A stretch of 64,000 bases of DNA from Chrysemys picta bellii (lineage: Eukaryota), in assembly GCF_011386835.1 (NCBI RefSeq), contig NC_088791.1, forward strand, positions 182,094,001-182,158,000, given 5' to 3'. Of this stretch, positions 25,807-37,109 are shown in pieces. Position numbers and translations under genes: made by a program. The notes below the pieces were generated by a model. That model did not search any database. It worked only from the letters and a program-made list of their open reading frames with translations, and was not told where the DNA came from. Numbering within the stretch: position 1 is the first letter of the stretch; each line of letters opens with the position of its first letter.

Positions 25807-28800
25807 TAAGTAAAAATTCATGAACTCTATGTATTAACCTTCACTCCTCAGTTACAGCATTTATGACTCATAACTCATGCTTCTTAATAATATCATGATA
25901 CTTTAAAGTGTATCATGAATTACACTAATGTTCTTTCACCTCAATACCCTTTAGTTATCAAACCAATTAGTAGTGCATAGTGCATTTAGTCAACATCACT
26001 ATAAAATTAACATTTATGTAAACACAATCTTAAAAGCCTTTTCTTCTTTTTACTTATAAAATCCTGTTTCTATCAAATTACAAACAAGAATGCCAAGATT
26101 TTAAAATCTTGATTGTATTACCTCAGTGCAACTACTTCTATCAGTGTGCTAGACCATACCATACTCAGCTCCTAGTAAGGGGTGATGAGTGGGTATAGCA
26201 CCCCATGTATTGTAGCTCAGAAAGCCATACTTCCTACTGGTGCTATCTACTTGTTGTGACTGGGGAGTAGTTCACAACATCCCATGTTCTGAGCAGTATA
26301 ACCCCACTACCACCACTCCCTCATGGCATGTCAGACCAGATCTGCTGCTTGGTGCATAAGGGGAGGATGGGGCCCTGGCTCTTCCTGGTGGGGAGCATAC
26401 GACACATAAGTCCTGTGAGCCTCACCTTCTCCCTCACAACCTGCTAAAGACCATGTGGGGTGTAATGGGTGACAAAGACCCAAAATGAGGAACACGAAAA
26501 AGAATTATTCATGAAGAAAACATAAAATGCCATGGATGTAATTCCTTCTAAGTAAGTAACTCTGTAACCGCAGTCTCATGATTCTTTATTTCTGATGTAA
26601 ATAAATATCAAGAAGGAGAGGATGCCAAATTTGTGTGGAAAGTAGGTAATTTTTGGACTGAAATGAGTAATTTCCCACATAAAAAAGGAACATTTGATAA
26701 AAGCACTCCAAGCACAGAAATTGTGATCTGAACAATTCTAGCTCTGCCTAATTGGGGGGAAAAAATATTCTTAACTTAACGCCCTGCATGGCTGCATAAG
26801 GACTAGTCACAAATAAATTGTAGTGTCCAGAATCAGTCCCAGGGCATGGAATATGATGCATATTTTTTACTTTTTCATGGCATCTGACAGATTTAAAAAA
26901 TTCTGTATATTCTATTCACAATCATAGAAACATTAGCTATAGGTAGACTCGCCCTATAATAAAGAAGAATATAATTTTATCCTTCCTCATTCCTCAAGCA
27001 AAAGTCTGAGTAAACAGAAAGGCTTTTGCTTGTTAGCAAACTCTGGCTCTGCAAACCAATACGAGAAACACATTGAGAGACAAAGAGTCTTTACTGGTAC
27101 CAGCCCTCAGATGTTCAGCTCTAGAGACTTAAGTCAATGAGGCTGATCATGGGCATGCCCACGTGGAGCTTATTCTAGGATTGGTACCTAGATGAGGGGA
27201 TCGGTTTACCTGAATTGTTCAATGGGCATAGTGAGTAAAACTGTCATAAATAAATCCTGTGCTTCATTCACTTAAAACTGGAGCAAAAGATTGGATTGGA
27301 CTTAACGGGCTACTAATCCTTATGCTTCGCTCGTCTCAAATCAGTTAGTATGGGGGGGGGGCAGTGAGAGTGAGGCTTTGAGAATTAGTTCAGCTAGTGC
27401 TGAATTCTTTTGAAAACTGCACCTTTAAATATGAATTCAGTGAAAATCTTGGGGGAAAAGAAGATCAGTTAGACAAGGAGGAATTCTTTGTATAATAAAG
27501 ACGTCCCACATACCTACAACACATAAAGGAAAATACAACTGGCCTGCATTTTAAATACCACTGGTTTTATTCAGCTAAAGAGATTAATATAGACTTTGTC
27601 ACATGCAGACCATTAAAAATGCTTTCTTTCTGCCTTACCATAAATGCACCATCAGACTGTACGCTTTTTATAAAATGAACTGATTAAATAGCACTAGCTG
27701 CCACATTTCTATGCAGAGTTTGACAGAGAGCAATCTCTTTAGCGGTCTGACTTTTTTAGTAATTGTGGGATTCAGTTTCTCACATTTTCTTTCAGAATAC
27801 TCTTGTGGTTTACTGATTAATTTAAAAGACATAGTCTCGAAATGGAATATCATTTTATAAGACCTTACGCTGCATTTGAAAAGAGCTTCCCAGAAGCCAT
27901 ACAATGGAGTTGAAAAATAGAATTGGTTTTTAGAAAATTAAAAATAACTAATGGAACCATCTTAAACTGTAAGCGCTTTGGTACAAAGTCTGTTTCTTCA
28001 CATGTATTTGTACAGTGCGTAGCAGATCTTAACGTAAAGTAGAAAGAAGGGCGTTATCTTCCGATAGCCTAGTGAGAATTGCTTTCTCGGGAGAAGGCAG
28101 ATTCTCATAGATAGTGTGAGGGACTGTTTCTAATCAAATGTGAGTGGTGTAAATCAGGAGTAACATCACTGAAGTCAATTGAGTTACACTGGGGTAAAAT
28201 TAGTGTGAGATTAGAACTGGAATTTATGTCTCTGCCCTTTATCTTTACCTGCAAGGCTTGGTGAAGCACTGGCAAGAGTTTTAAAAACAGTTGGTTTCCT
28301 TCAGTTTTGATTTCTGGGGTGCAGTTAAGGAGCATTATCAGGATGTAATAATTGACTCAAACATTTTTTCTTGCTTTTTAATATCAGGAATATCTATTCA
28401 TTGCTTCCCTGTCCCTACTGGGGGTTCTTGGCATCTCTGGAGGTTCTGAAAATGTCACATGAGAGAGTAGTTCAAGCTGCAGCCTTTCCTTACCCAGCTG
28501 GAAAAACTAATAGTGGTGGTGGGTTTGTAATGAGATGCTGCAGCTTGAGTTACACCCTCATGTAGTACCACTTTTCAGATTCTCCAAGGATGCCAAGATC
28601 CCCCAGTAAAGAGAGGAATGTGAAGACCAGTTATTTTAAATACATAAAAGAAGCGGAAAACAAAGTGACATCTAACTATATGCCATTTTCTATCATGATA
28701 CTGGCCACTGTTGGAGAAGACATAATGCTGGGCTAAATGGACTATTGGTCTGATTTACTGTGGCAATGCCTGTGACACAGATTCAGGAATACATCCCTAT

Positions 28801-31800
28801 TCAGAGCAGGACTTAAGCGTATGCTTAACTTTAAGACATACTTAAAGTTTATGGTACGTTTAAGTGCTCTCCTGAAAAGGGATTGACTTAAGTATGTGCT
28901 TCACTGCTTTCTTGAACTGGGGGCTATGTTCCTACTATAAAGAAGTAGTAATGAGCAACAGTGTTTTGTTTTGCAGTTACCCTTTATTAAACTTCTCATC
29001 TGTTTTTATTGAGGCAATGAAAGATTTCATTACCATTAGCATTCAGTATAAAGTGTGTCATATGGGAAAAATAACTTGATTCAGGAACAACTGATTGAGA
29101 GTTCGGGGGGCGGGGGAGGGGAAGCATGCTGATGTTAATGACAAAACATCTTTCTTGTAAAAGATTAATATTTCTTCTGTGAGAGACAAAGCTAGAAACC
29201 CAGGGGATTGAAAAGCAAATTAAATTTCCTTGTAAATTAAGAAATATAGTATGATTATCTCCACATTTATTTTAAAAGCACTCACAGTAATAGCAAAGCA
29301 AGGACCTTGAAAACAAGTTGGGCAAAATTCAGCCCAGATTCAAGTAATCAGTGGTGTTGAACTGCTTATGGCAGGGTTTTGCTTATTCTGTTTTCTCTAT
29401 TCTCCACTTTTGATCTAGGAGGCACATAGAGTGCAAACTCACATACCATGAGTAGCTGTGACATTCATGACTCCCATACCATGGCTATATTTTGAAGAAG
29501 GGTCTGTAGAGGCTCATATCTTTCTTTTATGCAGGCCTCCTCTTTAGAAGATCCCCCACAATTTACATCCATGCCTTTAAAGCAGCCAGCCCTCACCTGT
29601 ACAGTGCTGGGTTGGATTAATTAATTCCTCTCTTAAATTGGCCAGTGGGAGAGGTGCAAAGTGAAAAAATGTGCTCCCTTCTCCAAAGATGACTGTTCTT
29701 CCTGTTTACCATCCTCTGCTTCTGGCAAGCAAGGGAGTGAGCAACTAACTCAATGCACTTTCCCTCTCCCCAAGTTAAACTAGGATCTACTGTATGGTAT
29801 TCCTGGGTACTAATTAGAGGGACAGCATAGAAGCTTGTCATCCCCAGATGTTTAAATCAGCAGGGAGAATGGCCTGGAAAAGAAAAGAAGAAAGTGTGCT
29901 GACAATAACAATGGGAGCAAGTCAGTCACTTTAGATCACTTATTGATGACATTGTCTTGGATAACACAGATGGTCTCATGCATTTTCTAAGCAAAGAGGT
30001 TACTCCAAGACTAGTATGTTTGCACTGAAGAGTGCATTTCACTTCCTGTCTACCCTCCTAGGGACGTACATTACTTTCTCCTTTCTCTCTTGCAGCTCTT
30101 AACATTTCATGTCCACTGTACAAGTCTCTTTAAAAGTCTTAGGGCTAAATTTCTCTTTGTATAGATGCCAGATTTAACCCTGGTGTAATTCTATTGACTT
30201 AGTGGGGTGATATCAAGCATAAGTTTACCTTAGAATAAGAACTGAAAAATAAGCCCCAGCTTCCATTTGTGTGTGTGACTTTGCACCAGGCAACAGAAGG
30301 ACTGAAAACCAGGTGGAGCTAAAATTTAGCTGCAAGATTATTTGCAATAGAAATTTGTGTGAGAAGCTTTTTTTATGCCTGGGCAAATTTAGTTGGATGA
30401 AAAGGTATACAAAGTAATTATTGATTATATAATGTGTGTGTATGTGAATAAATTAAAGCATGAACATTTGCAGTCATTCATTTTTGGTTAAAATGCTTCT
30501 GTAGGTTTGGATTAGAAGAAAGAAGGAGCTTCTGAAGTATCAGAGGGCAATATCTCACAGGGGCAAATTTATAATTAAGAAAAGACATTTCTTAGAGAGG
30601 AATAAAAATAATTATATTATTACTTACACTAAATTTTGTTTTGAAACAAATATTTGCTCCACACCTAAAACACCTTATACAAAACTACAAAAGCAAGGAA
30701 ATGAAAAGTTAATCCACCTAACAGTGCATAGTCTTTATTCTTCCACCCGTGAGCACGCAGCTGATCACTATTACAGCTACGGGACACCATAGGCTATACA
30801 CTACAGCCTTAATCTTCCTCTCCCTAGGCATGATACCATTCCAGTATTGGCTCTTTACCTCACTCACTACCCCCTCCTCGCCATCCTTGCCACTTCCCTA
30901 ACTTCTCCCAATGATATGAACTGTGGATGTTTAGTGTAATTGTTTGGTGTCTTTGCAGTAGGCCGCATAAAGCAGTGGCTCCTCTGGCCCCACCCCCATG
31001 AGTGTCCCTATAGAATTGGGATTTACATCCCTACAAGGTCCCCTGAATCAAACTCCCTCCCCTATGCAACTAAACTGCTCTAAATACTATGTAAACTTAC
31101 CAGGCCTCAAAGGTGGGGGCTAGATTTGCCCCATGGTGCATAGAGAAGAAAGGTAGAATAACAGCCAATAGCTTTAAATAATATTGCATAGTCAGCAATA
31201 CAGTACTGCAGGAAACTGTTCAATAACACTTTGTCAACTCCATTTTATTTATGTGCATAGAAATGTTTGAGATACTTGTCATGTGAAAATAGACGATATG
31301 AAGATTAGTTATCACTTGATAGAACGGTTCCATAATGTTGAAACCCAAAAGGCAAAGATTGATTTACCAGATTTGTTATGCAGCCTACTTAGAGCATTCT
31401 GAAATTCAAATGAGTTACTATAGATCTAACTTTTATGGGAGTAAGTTCATATATAAAGAGAATTTAACACAAAGTTGTGAGAAGTAAAGTTATGGTAGCA
31501 TTTTACAGAGAAAATAAAATATAGTTCATGCATATTGATTGATAGAAGGCTCATCAAGCATCCAGCTTCAAGAAATCCAAATTACAGTTCCTAAAATGTA
31601 CAAGAATCTTTTGTCAGCAGCAAGTTGGAGACTGTATAAAATTGCATCCATCAAAATTAGGTACTAAATTAATAGAAAGACAAAAATAAAAAGTAATTTT
31701 TATTGGTGAGTAAAACAGTACTATAGCATCTTTTACTTAAGCAGAAATCAGCTCAATTATCTGTCTTACTAGCTGTCATTCCACACCCCTGTGAAATACC

Positions 31801-32461
31801 AGGAAGCTACTCTACCCAAGGAAATCATATTGTTTTGAGATATAACAGGTCAGGCCCTGGCTACCATTCTGGCCTTTTCTTGCCACTCCCACAGTGATCC
31901 TGCTTTTGTTTTTGTTTTGTTTTGTATAAAAAGCTGTTTCTTTGTAGATTTGAATTGGAAATACAAATACAAATTGGTCTAACACTCGTTTCCTCCCAAA
32001 TTGAGAGGCAAACATTTTTGGAGATTATATGAATATTCAAATCCAAATCTGCCAGCCATGATACATTTTTCTTACTTCTGCTATAGGCCAGCATGGTGTG
32101 AAATATGATCAATTAATATCTTTATTAAAGCATCTGTTTTCCACTGCCATAGCCCATCCATCCTCCTGTCCAATGCTGCACTGAATTGTAGCTTCAGGAA
32201 GAATTGCCTCTTGAATCTTTCTGGAGGTGACATTGTAGTCCAAGTTGAACAAGCAGATGGTTATAAGTAGAATAGAAGCACTTAATTAAATTATTTTTTT
32301 AAATCAACAAATGATTTTAACGCATATATGCAGAGTGAAAAAGGAGACAGAGAATGAAAATAAAATGGGATTCTATGTTCTCTTTGGCTCCAATCCTTCA
32401 ATTGGATCCATGTGAGTAAACCCTTGCAGCCATGTGGACCAAACTGCAGAATCCACTACAC

Positions 32462-32716
32462 CAGGGATCGGCAACCTTTGGCACGTGGCTTGCCAGGGTA
32501 AGCACCCTGGCGGGCTGGGCCGGTTTATTTACCTGCCACATCCGCAGGTTTGGCCCTCGGCCTGCGCCACTTCCTGCAGCCCCCATTGGCGTGGAGCGGG
32601 GAACCGCTGCCAATGGGAACTGCGATTGGCCAAACTTGCAAATGCGGCAGGTTAACAAACCAGCCCACTAGGGGGCTTCTCCTGGTGAGCCACATGCCAA
32701 AGGTTGCCGATCCCTG
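32462..32716. mobile_element. hAT MITE with internal deletion
   Basis: TIRs cagggatcggcaacct / aggttgccgatccctg. Perfect 8-bp TSD cactacac (32454-32461, 32717-32724). Confidence 0.95.
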
Positions 32717-35576
32717 CACTACACTATAAAACATCTATTATCTATAGTGTTCTAATGCAGGATATTTTGTGGCCTAAAAGTCCTAGAAGAGTTAAAGTGA
32801 AATTTCATTTATTCTTGTTGTTTATCGCAATTTCATTTATTCTTTGATTATTCTTATTTATTAACTGATGATGGCTATATAGCCAACATGACATTATACT
32901 AGATATACTAGCCATTACAGCAGGAGGAAATATTTGCAGTGAAATCACTGTCCACTGAAATTTGCTTCTTCTTTTATTTGTAAAATTGGAGCCATTTGAT
33001 GAAATTTTCAACATTGTGTTTTTTTTTCTTTTAGTACTAAGAAATTGTGCAAATCTAGCAACAGTCTTTTTTTTTTTTTAAAGTTTGACCTGGATTGCTT
33101 GGTTGTGTTTGGTTACATACATCTCATGGTATTAATTCTGGTTCAGTGATTGGTTAAGCTCACCTCCTGTGTTCAGGCCACAGTTCCCCCTGACAATCCC
33201 ATTCCCTGCAGGATCAAAGTAGTATTTGCTTGCTGGTGTGAGCAAGGTGCTTCTTGCCCATGCTGACTGGCTGGGAACTGATCAGAATTGTGCTCCCACC
33301 CTGCAGCTGAGCCAGGGAAGAGCTTCTGGCCTGTTCTAGCATGTGAATGCAGCTCTAGTTGTACTCTCTGGGACAGGGAGGAAACAGTGCTGCCTGGGCT
33401 TCAGCTCCATTGGCCAAACTAGGTCTAGAACCAAGTTCCCAACTGTGAAGGCAGTTAGTTCAAGGGAGAGAAAGTATGGAGTAAGATGGAGAGGCAGGAA
33501 GTGGAGTTGAGTACGGGGATGAGTGAAAGCGCAAGTGGCAGAGGCTGCAAGGCACTGACATTTTCCCCATCTGGCTTTTGGTAATGATAACTAACCACTG
33601 AAACTTTGTCTATGCTAGAAATCTGGGATAAGCCACATATGCCTCCTATTAAAACCACCTGGAGGAGACTATGGGATTTATGGTTTCAAAAAATAGTTAC
33701 TCTCTGATATTGGCAAGAACTTTTGTACTGTATTTAATTAACTATTATATCTTCCATAACTAAGTCCACACATTATACAATGTATCCCAAATGAGAGAGA
33801 ACGACAATTTCAAGAGCTCTGTCGATTCAGAAATACAAACCCTGTCAAGGATTCTCATTCTAATGCAGAACAAATGTTTTCAGTAACACAAAAAGAACTG
33901 TCATCATGTAAGAAGGTTTATTGAGTCTTATAAAATTCAAGGCTTTGTGAACTCACACATTGTATTTTTATTTTTGTCAAACGTAATTAAAATTATTTTT
34001 TTTAAGCTAAATTTCAAGTAATTTAAACCCACTTTTTTTCAAAGGGGATTAATTTAAAAAAATAATCAAAACAGCTTTGGGGTTGAGTGTTGTTGTTGTT
34101 ATTTTAAAGTCATCCTGGGAGATGAAGTCTGTGGAGAGCCTTGCTCATGGAAGAGAATGGGGATATGAGACAGCTGAACTACAACTTCCATTCGGCACTG
34201 TGGCAGCATATCCAAATCAAAATGTTTCAGTTATTGGCCAGAATATTTCAGGTTTTCAGTGAAAAATAGAAATATTCTGTGGCAAGCAGACACTTTTTGT
34301 GAAAAATTTAATTTAGTTGAAAACCCAATTTTCTTTCAAAGGACAGTTAAAATGGAAAAATGTTGACCAGTCCTGGCACAACTCCCCTATTGTGGGATTA
34401 ACTCCTTATATACAGGGTCAGAATGCACAGTTGTCATGCAGGAAGACTGAAACCAGCTGTAAAGAAGGGGAGATTTTAGAATCCACAGAGGCAGACATCT
34501 GCTTCTCATGCAGCCCAGGGAAATTGACGGTTAGGATGTGGGCTCAAAATTCCCTGCCATTGTTCCCTGACCATTATTGATACTGCAGAAATCCTTGTCT
34601 GTAAATTTCCCATGCCCTCTGCATTGTACTGGAGGATGCAGAGGTGGTGAACTGCTCAGAACCCAATGCTAGTTCACAACCAAATTTTCCCTTCTATGGA
34701 TATTTGTGTAGGAAAGAAATATCTGTACTTTAGTAAATATGAAATAACTGTACATCAGTGAATGAATATGGCAACACATTTTTATCTTAAATTTGAGGGA
34801 GAATTTAGTGCTGATCATGAAAATGAAGGACAAATAGCATAGACCAGTGCAAATTATATTGAGAACAGGTGCTGAACAGTGAAATCTGTTGATAACAGCC
34901 ACTAAAGGGACTTTCATTTCTCTAGTCTTTATAACAGGTGGCTGAATAATGCATTGTGATTAATATGGATGAATTCTTGCTGGGACTAGGACTAAGATTT
35001 AACTGACCATTAAGAGTGATAACTACACTTGGTAGGTGACCCTTAGCACAGACAAAAGTGTCCACATACAACTCAGCTAATGTGACTCAAAACTGAATAT
35101 AAACTCACTCAAAAGCATTTTATCACCCACATTTTGGGAACTTTACTTCATTTAGTCACAGTTACCGCAAACCATAGTCCACACCATCCCCTCCCATAAC
35201 AAAACCCACAGGATGGGCTCAGTTGGTAAGCAATGAAGATTCCCTGATGGAAATTCTATTGTCCAATGTAGGGTTGCGGGGTTTATGGAATAGACCATGG
35301 GACCTGACCTCACACCTCACAGATCCTGGTAGTCTATTGCAGGCCAGGGACTTCTGTGCTGGGGCCCAATGCTTCCATATAGTCTCTAGACTCAACTCAG
35401 CCCCCAGGCAGCACAGATGCAATAAACTCTGTGGCTGTGGTATACCCACGACTCCTGGTGTTGGGGGATTCACAAGAAAGATAACAGGTTTCAGAGTAGC
35501 AGCCGTGTTAGTCTGTATCCGCAAAAAGAAGAACAGGAGTACTTGTGGCACCTTAGAGACTAACAAATTTATTAGA

Positions 35577-35616
35577 GCATAAGCTTTCGTGGACTACAGC
35601 CCACTTCTTCGGATGC
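35577..35616 (-). ncRNA. Minimal type I hammerhead ribozyme motif (U4C variant)
   Basis: GCAU-CCGAAGA-A-GUGGGC(UGUA)GUCCAC-GAA-AGCU-U-AUGC. Stem I GCAU/AUGC, 6-bp stem II, palindromic loopless stem III (AGCU). Confidence 0.78.
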
Positions 35617-35905
35617 ATATAGAATGGAACATATATTGAGGAGATATATATACACACATACAGAGAGCATAAACAGGTGGGAGTTGTCTTACCAACTCTG
35701 AGAGGCCAATTAATTAAGAGGAAAAAAAAAAAACTTTTGAAGTGATAATCAAGATAGCCCAGTACAGACAGTTTGATAAGAAGTGTGAGCATACTTACAA
35801 GGGGAGATAGATTCAATGTTTGTAATGGCTCAGCCATTCCCAGTCCTTATTCAAACCGGAGTTGATTGTGTCTAGTTTGCATATCAATTCCAGCTCAGCA
35901 GTCTC

Positions 35906-36506
35906 TCATTGGAGTCTGTTTTTGAAGTTTTTCTGTTGTAATATAGCCACCCGCAGGTCTGTCACTGAATGACCAGACAGGTTAAAGTGTTCTCCCACTG
36001 GTTTTTGAGTATTTTGATTCCTGATGTCAGATTTGTGTCCATTAATTCTTTTGCGTAGAGACTGTCCGGTTTGGCCAATGTACATGGCAGAGGGGCATTG
36101 CTGGCACATGATGGCATATATCACATTGGTAGATGTGCAGGTGAACGAGCCCCTGATGGTATGGCTGATGTGATTAGGTCCTATGATGATGTCACTTGAA
36201 TAGATATGTGGACAGAGTTGGCATCGGGGTTTGTTACAAGGATAGGTTCCTGGGTTAGTAGTTTTGTTCAGTGATGTGTGGTTGCTGGTGAGTATTTGCT
36301 TTAGGTTGGGGGGTTGTCTGTAAGCGAGGACAGGTCTGTCTCCCAAGATCTGTGAGAGTAAAGGATCATCTTTCAGGATAGGTTGTAGATCTCTGATGAT
36401 GCGCTGGAGAGGTTTTAGTTGGGGGCTGAAGGTGACAGCTAGTGGTGTTCTGTTATTTTCTTTGTTGGGCCTGTCTTGTAGGAGGTGACTTCTGGGTACT
36501 CGTCTG
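35906..36506 (-). pseudogene. PLE polyprotein C-terminal fragment: RT-EN linker plus GIY-YIG endonuclease, premature stop
   Basis: RQPPNLKQIL, then CNKPRCQLC (the C-x2-5-CxxC linker motif typical of Neptune), then VIYAIMCQQC...YIGQTG..RKR..GH...EHF...GH. Ends at TGA where the other arm has CGA (Arg). Confidence 0.93.
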
Positions 36507-36584
36507 TTTTTCAGAAAAAACAGATTGACAGAGCCAGACGAGTACCCAGAAGTCACCTCCTACAAGACAGGCAATGCCCTACAG

Positions 36585-36877
36585 GCCAGCAATGCCCCTC
36601 TGCCATGTACATTGGCCAAACCGGACAGTCTCTACGCAAAAGAATTAATGGACACAAATCTGACATCAGGAATCAAAATACTCAAAAACCAGTGGGAGAA
36701 CACTTTAACCTGTCTGGTCATTCAGTGACAGACCTGCGGGTGACTATATTACAACAGAAAAACTTCAAAAACAGACTCCAACGAGAGACTGCTGAGCTGG
36801 AATTGATATGCAAACTAGACACAATCAACTCCGGTTTGAATAAGGACTGGGAATGGCTGAGCCATTACAAACATTGA
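36585..36877 (+). pseudogene. Second, 5'-truncated GIY-YIG endonuclease copy with intact C terminus
   Basis: QQCPSAMYIGQTGQSLRKRINGHK...RETAELELICKLDTINSGLNKDWEWLSHYKH*. The VIY strand of the GIY-YIG motif is missing. Confidence 0.9.
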
Positions 36878-37069
36878 ATCTATCTCCCCTTGTAAGTATG
36901 CTCACACTTCTTATCAAACTGTCTGTACTGGGCTATCTTGATTATCACTTCAAAAGTTTTTTTTTCTCTTAATTAATTGGCCTCTCAGAGTTGGTAAGAC
37001 AACTCCCACCTGTTTATGCTCTCTGTATGTGTGTATATATATCTCCTCAATATATGTTCCATTCTATAT

Positions 37070-37109
37070 GCATCCGAAGAAGTGGGCTGTAGTCCATGAA
37101 AGCTTATGC
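37070..37109 (+). ncRNA. Minimal type I hammerhead ribozyme motif (U4C variant; stem II closing pair G-U)
   Basis: Same as the minus copy except C to T at 37097. Predicted cleavage after 37105 (CUU triplet). Confidence 0.75.

Noticed and set aside
28040-28115. Minus-strand peptide ENLPSPEKAILTRLSEDNALL, vaguely like the PLE RT N-terminus
   Set aside because: It is too short, ends in a stop before the expected ADKG motif and has no flanking PLE sequence.
32110-32285. Protein-like minus frame (ICLFNLDYNVTSRKIQEAILPE...)
   Set aside because: No start codon or splice acceptor and no recognised homology.
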